Positions 28,839 to 32,150 of a stretch of 32,150 nucleotides of DNA are shown piece by piece. The DNA is from Acidimicrobiia bacterium. GTDB taxonomy: Bacteria > Actinomycetota > Acidimicrobiia > Spongiisociales > SHLN01. Made by a program: the position numbers and the translations under genes. A model generated the notes under the pieces. It saw nothing but the letters and a program-made list of their open reading frames with translations. It had not been told where the DNA came from and did not search any database. Position 1 is the first letter of the stretch. Each line of letters begins with the position of its first letter. The stretch covers positions 1 through 32,150 of the forward strand of contig JBFKDW010000029.1 of assembly GCA_041619515.1 (NCBI GenBank). Reading direction: 5' to 3'.

Positions 28839-30218
28839 GTGGCCGTTGAGACTGAAGTGCATCCGTCGCGAACCACACTCCAGCTCGTAACCCGTGGGCC
28901 GTTTGCCAGGTTGTGGTGGGCAGGGTTGTTCTCGAGCATGGGTGATTGGGTGGCGTTGTTCGCCACACTGACCCTCGCCGCACGGCTCGGTGGAGCTCAG
29001 GCGGAAACCGCCATCCTCGTGCCGCTCGTGGCGCGCCTCTTGCCCGGCCTGTTCTTCGTAGCCCTCGGGGGAGTGCTCGCCGACCGGTTCAATCGCAAGG
29101 TCATGATGATCATCGCCGACGTGGGGCGGGGCCTGTTCGTCCTCAGCCTGGCGTTCGTCGACAACCTCGTGCAGCTGTTCTTCGTCTCTCTCGTCCTCGA
29201 GTTGTTCACGCTGCTCTGGCAGCCATCCAAGGAAGCCTCCCTCCCGAACTTCGTGAACTCAAGCGACCTCGCAACCGCCAACGGGCTGTCCCTCGGTGCG
29301 GCCTACGGAACCTTTCCGCTTGGTGCCGCCCTCATCTGGGTGCTCGACCTGGTTCCCGAATTCGGGTTCACAGAAGCGATCAACTCCGGCCCCGAAACGC
29401 TCGCCTTCCTGGTGGACGGCGCCACCTTCCTGGCGTCGGCGGCGCTCATCGCCACCATCGCCTTTCCCCGCCGACCCCGGGCCCGTCGCACCAAGAGCCG
29501 CGGCGCCCTGGCTGCCCCGCTCCACGACCTCAGAGAAGGCATCAGCTTCGTGGCGCGAAGCCGTACGGTTCGCACCATCGTGCTCGGGATGGCGGTCGGC
29601 CTGTTCGGAGGCGGGGTGCTGTTTGCCCTTGGTGAGTCCTACGCTCGCCGGGTGGTGGGCGCCGACCAGCAGGGGTTCTACGCGCTGTTGTTCGCGCTCG
29701 GGACGGGGGCGGCCGTCGGGATCATCGGAGCCAGCATCCTCGGCGCCCGCAACGCCAAAGCCGACGTTGCCTTCGGCTTCGGGCTCGGCCTGACGGGTGT
29801 GTCCCTCCTGGCCACCTCGGCGGTCAAGACGATCGTCGGGGCCATGGGATGGATTGCGTTCGTCGGCGTTGGGACGGGTATCGCTTACGTCATGGGATTC
29901 AGCCACCTGCACGAGAACGTGGAGGACGAGTTCCGGGGCCGGACCTTCGCTGCCCTCATTGCGCTTCTTCGCACCGGGCTACTGGCGTCATTGGCGATCG
30001 CCGGTGTTTCGGCCAAGCTGCTCGACGCCGAGTTCGCCGCCCCGTTCGACAATGGCACGCGCAACGTCATCGCCCTCGGGGGCGTCATCGTGCTGGCCAC
30101 CGCCCTGGCTTCCCTGTGGGCGGTCCGCGATCGGATCCGCGCCCCCGGGGAAACCCTCAAGGGACTGTCCCGGGCGCGAAATCCGTTCATCGACGACGAG
30201 GACCCGAAGCAACAATGA
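28839..30218 (+). CDS. MFS transporter, 459 aa
   Basis: About 12 hydrophobic helices, motif A GVLADRFNRK, FARLWW...SSMGDW, DEFRGRTFA. TAACGT lies 6 nt before the GTG. Confidence 0.92.
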   Translation: MAVETEVHPSRTTLQLVTRGPFARLWWAGLFSSMGDWVALFATLTLAARLGGAQAETAILVPLVARLLPGLFFVALGGVLADRFNRKVMMIIADVGRGLFVLSLAFVDNLVQLFFVSLVLELFTLLWQPSKEASLPNFVNSSDLATANGLSLGAAYGTFPLGAALIWVLDLVPEFGFTEAINSGPETLAFLVDGATFLASAALIATIAFPRRPRARRTKSRGALAAPLHDLREGISFVARSRTVRTIVLGMAVGLFGGGVLFALGESYARRVVGADQQGFYALLFALGTGAAVGIIGASILGARNAKADVAFGFGLGLTGVSLLATSAVKTIVGAMGWIAFVGVGTGIAYVMGFSHLHENVEDEFRGRTFAALIALLRTGLLASLAIAGVSAKLLDAEFAAPFDNGTRNVIALGGVIVLATALASLWAVRDRIRAPGETLKGLSRARNPFIDDEDPKQQ

Positions 30219-30829
30219 ATGGTCGCTACATCGCATTCGAGGGAATCGACGGCGCCGGCAAGTCGACCGTCGTGGAGGCCGTCGCCGCCGAATTGCGTAC
30301 CGACGGCCGGACCGTTGTCACCGTCAGGGAGCCGGGCGGCACCCCGGTGGGCGAGGCGATCCGCGACATCCTGCTCCATTCCCACGACGACCTGGTGCCC
30401 TGGGCCGAGGCAATGCTCTTTGCCGCCGCCCGCGCCCAGCTGGCGGCTCAGGAGGTTGCGCCCCGGCTGGAGTCCGGCACCTGGGTGTTGTCCGACCGGT
30501 CCGTGTACTCCTCGCTGGCGTACCAGGGAGTAGGCCGGGCGCTCGGAGTCGAGCCGGTCCGTTCGGTGAACGCAGCAGGCTTGGGTGCGGTGTGGCCGGA
30601 TCTCGTCGTTGTGCTCGAGCTCGACCCGACGGCGGGGTTGGCCCGTCAGGAGACGCCCGATCGCATCGGAGGAGAGGGTGTCGAGCTCCAGCAACGGGTG
30701 GCTGCCGCCTATCGCGACCTGGCCGCATTGGACCCGGCGGTGGTCCTGATAGACGGCAGCCGGACCATTACGGAGGTGGTGGGCGACTCGGTTGGCCTGA
30801 TCCGGGAGCGGTTCGATGAACCTGTTTGA
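30215..30829 (+). CDS. tmk: Thymidylate (dTMP) kinase, 204 aa
   Basis: IAFEGIDGAGKST, REPGGT, LFAAARAQ, SDRSVYSSLAYQG. ATGA overlap with the MFS stop. Confidence 0.96.
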   Translation: MNGRYIAFEGIDGAGKSTVVEAVAAELRTDGRTVVTVREPGGTPVGEAIRDILLHSHDDLVPWAEAMLFAAARAQLAAQEVAPRLESGTWVLSDRSVYSSLAYQGVGRALGVEPVRSVNAAGLGAVWPDLVVVLELDPTAGLARQETPDRIGGEGVELQQRVAAAYRDLAALDPAVVLIDGSRTITEVVGDSVGLIRERFDEPV

Positions 30830-31850
30830 CGGGGTGATCGGCCATGACCGCGTTGTCGAGATGCTCGATCGCGAAGCCGCGCAACCGGCCCACGCCTATC
30901 TCTTCACCGGCCCCTCAGGCGTCGGCAAGGCAACCGTGGCTCGCCGCTTCGCGGCGGCACTGCTGAGCCCGGCGGATGCCGACGGCCGCCGGAGGGTGAA
31001 CGATGCGACCCATCCGGATCTCCACCTGGTAGAGCCCGAGGGCCGCACGGCGCTCACTGTCGATCAAGCCCGCTCGACGGTGGCGCGAGCCTCTCGCACC
31101 CCGGTCGAGTCCAATCGCAAGGTCTTCCTGTTCGAAGAAGCCGGGATGATGAACGACGAGGCGGCCAACGCGCTGCTGAAAACCCTCGAGGAGCCCTCGG
31201 CCACGGCCGTGTTCATTCTCATCACCGAGTCGGAGGATGACCTGCCGGCCACCGTCGCCAGCCGATGCCGGGTGGTGCGGTTCGGCAGGGCCGGCGAGGC
31301 AGAGATTCGCCAGGCGCTGGTCGACCGGGAGTTCCATCCCGACCAGGCAACCGAAGCCGCCCGTATCTCGGGGGGGCGCCCCGGCCTCGCCCTGGCTCTG
31401 GCGGAAGAGTCCGAAGTGGCCGATTACCGCAAGGTGTGGCTCACCGTCCCCGGACGGCTTTCCCTGGCGCCGGGCGACGCCTTTCGGCTGGCCGAGCACG
31501 TTGTCGGCGCCGCCGGACCGTTGCTGGCGGCGATCGAGGCGACCTATTCGTCAGATGACACCAGGGAATCTAAGGACCGGGTGGAGCGGGCCACCCGCCG
31601 GGCCGCCCTGTCTCTCCAGGTCAACGGCCTCGAGATCCTCGCCTCCTGGTATCGGGATGCTGCCGCCGCCCAGTTCGGCGCGGCGGTCCGCAACACCGAT
31701 GTCCCGGGCGTGGAGTTCGCCGCGGTCAGGCCCCAGGCCGCCGTACAGCGAGCCGAGCGGGTGCTTGCCACCATCGAAGTGCTGGAACGCAATCAGCGTC
31801 CGGTTCTGGCGCTCGCCTCCCTGTTCGCCGATCTGGCGGTGATCGAATAG
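30816..31850 (+). CDS. holB: DNA polymerase III subunit delta', 344 aa
   Basis: HAYLFTGPSGVGK, HPDL, AANALLKTLEEP, TVASRC; follows tmk. Confidence 0.93.
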   Translation: MNLFDGVIGHDRVVEMLDREAAQPAHAYLFTGPSGVGKATVARRFAAALLSPADADGRRRVNDATHPDLHLVEPEGRTALTVDQARSTVARASRTPVESNRKVFLFEEAGMMNDEAANALLKTLEEPSATAVFILITESEDDLPATVASRCRVVRFGRAGEAEIRQALVDREFHPDQATEAARISGGRPGLALALAEESEVADYRKVWLTVPGRLSLAPGDAFRLAEHVVGAAGPLLAAIEATYSSDDTRESKDRVERATRRAALSLQVNGLEILASWYRDAAAAQFGAAVRNTDVPGVEFAAVRPQAAVQRAERVLATIEVLERNQRPVLALASLFADLAVIE

Positions 31851-31862
31851 CGTTTCAACCGG

Positions 31863-31888
31863 CCGAGACCCGGGGACGCCGGGCTCGG
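31863..31888 (+). terminator. GC-rich stem-loop after holB, possible terminator or processing hairpin without a U-tract
   Basis: CCGAG(A)CCCGG-GGACG-CCGGGCTCGG: 10-bp stem with one bulge. Confidence 0.35.
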
Positions 31889-31907
31889 GACTATTCTCCT
31901 CTCCCAG

Positions 31908-31982
31908 GCCGGGGTAGCTCAGGGGTAGAGCAGCTCACTCGTAATGAGCAGGTCCGGGGTTCGAATCCCCGCTCCGGCTCCA
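31908..31982 (+). tRNA. tRNA-Thr (anticodon CGT), CCA encoded
   Basis: Acceptor GCCGGGG/CTCCGGC, D-arm GCTC/GAGC, anticodon stem GCTCA/TGAGC with loop CTCGTAA, T-loop TTCGAAT, 3' TCCA. TATTCT -10 candidate at 31892-31897. Confidence 0.97.
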
Positions 31983-32070
31983 AACCGCGTCCTGCTCGGT
32001 GCGCTCACCGCGGCTGCTTCTGCGTGTCACGGGCGCCGAGTACCCTGGTGGGCCCCGAGGAAAGATCGCA

Positions 32071-32150
32071 ATGGCCGATCAGGCCAACTTCGAGAAGGAC
32101 GCGATGGAGTTCGCCCCGCAGCTGTATTCGGCTGCGCTGCGGATGACGCG
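32071..32150 (+). CDS. 5' end of an ECF sigma factor, SigR/SigH-like (partial)
   Basis: MADQANFEKDAMEFAPQLYSAALRMT(R) resembles the FERDA....QxY..ALRMTR start of Streptomyces SigR and mycobacterial SigH. GAGGAAAG SD and TACCCT upstream. Only 26 full codons are visible. Confidence 0.75.
   Translation, partial: MADQANFEKDAMEFAPQLYSAALRMT

Noticed and set aside
31908..32070. tRNA-Thr as an integration site for an island
   Set aside because: No integrase and no duplicated tRNA 3' end seen in the window; a sigma factor gene follows 88 nt later.

Overview
High-GC actinobacterial chromosomal segment; an Acidimicrobiia-like origin is inferred from gene content and order. The right half (about 14.8-32.1 kb) follows a conserved actinobacterial backbone: DUF1998 DEAH helicase, hppA, topA, MFS, tmk, holB, tRNA-Thr(CGT), then the 5' end of a SigR/SigH-like ECF sigma gene. 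Interspersed are nhaA, a LamG lipoprotein, a double histidine phosphatase and a PimB'-like GT4. The left half (1-14.8 kb, plus an outlier at 17.1 kb) is a cell-surface region with three main points of interest. (1) A bacillosamine-type glycan-initiation cluster has one canonical monotopic phosphoglycosyl transferase (PGT), a PglE/EpsN-like aminotransferase, and two tandem coupled fusion genes. Both fusions carry the same ~440-aa N-terminal cassette (divergent PGT + 4 TM + CoA-binding-like domain), joined either to a PglF/CapD dehydratase or to a UDP-HexNAc 6-dehydrogenase. A third, stand-alone divergent PGT lies at 17.1 kb. (2) Two paralogous secreted helical-repeat proteins share a 59-aa C-terminal membrane domain (46/59 identical), a candidate undescribed anchor/sorting domain. 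(3) A sigma28 (WhiG/FliA)-like promoter motif precedes five envelope genes, four of them apparently leaderless. Also noted: an apparently circularly permuted LamG domain and a polyproline uORF. No mobile element or CRISPR array was seen. All calls are by eye from motifs; no database searches were run.
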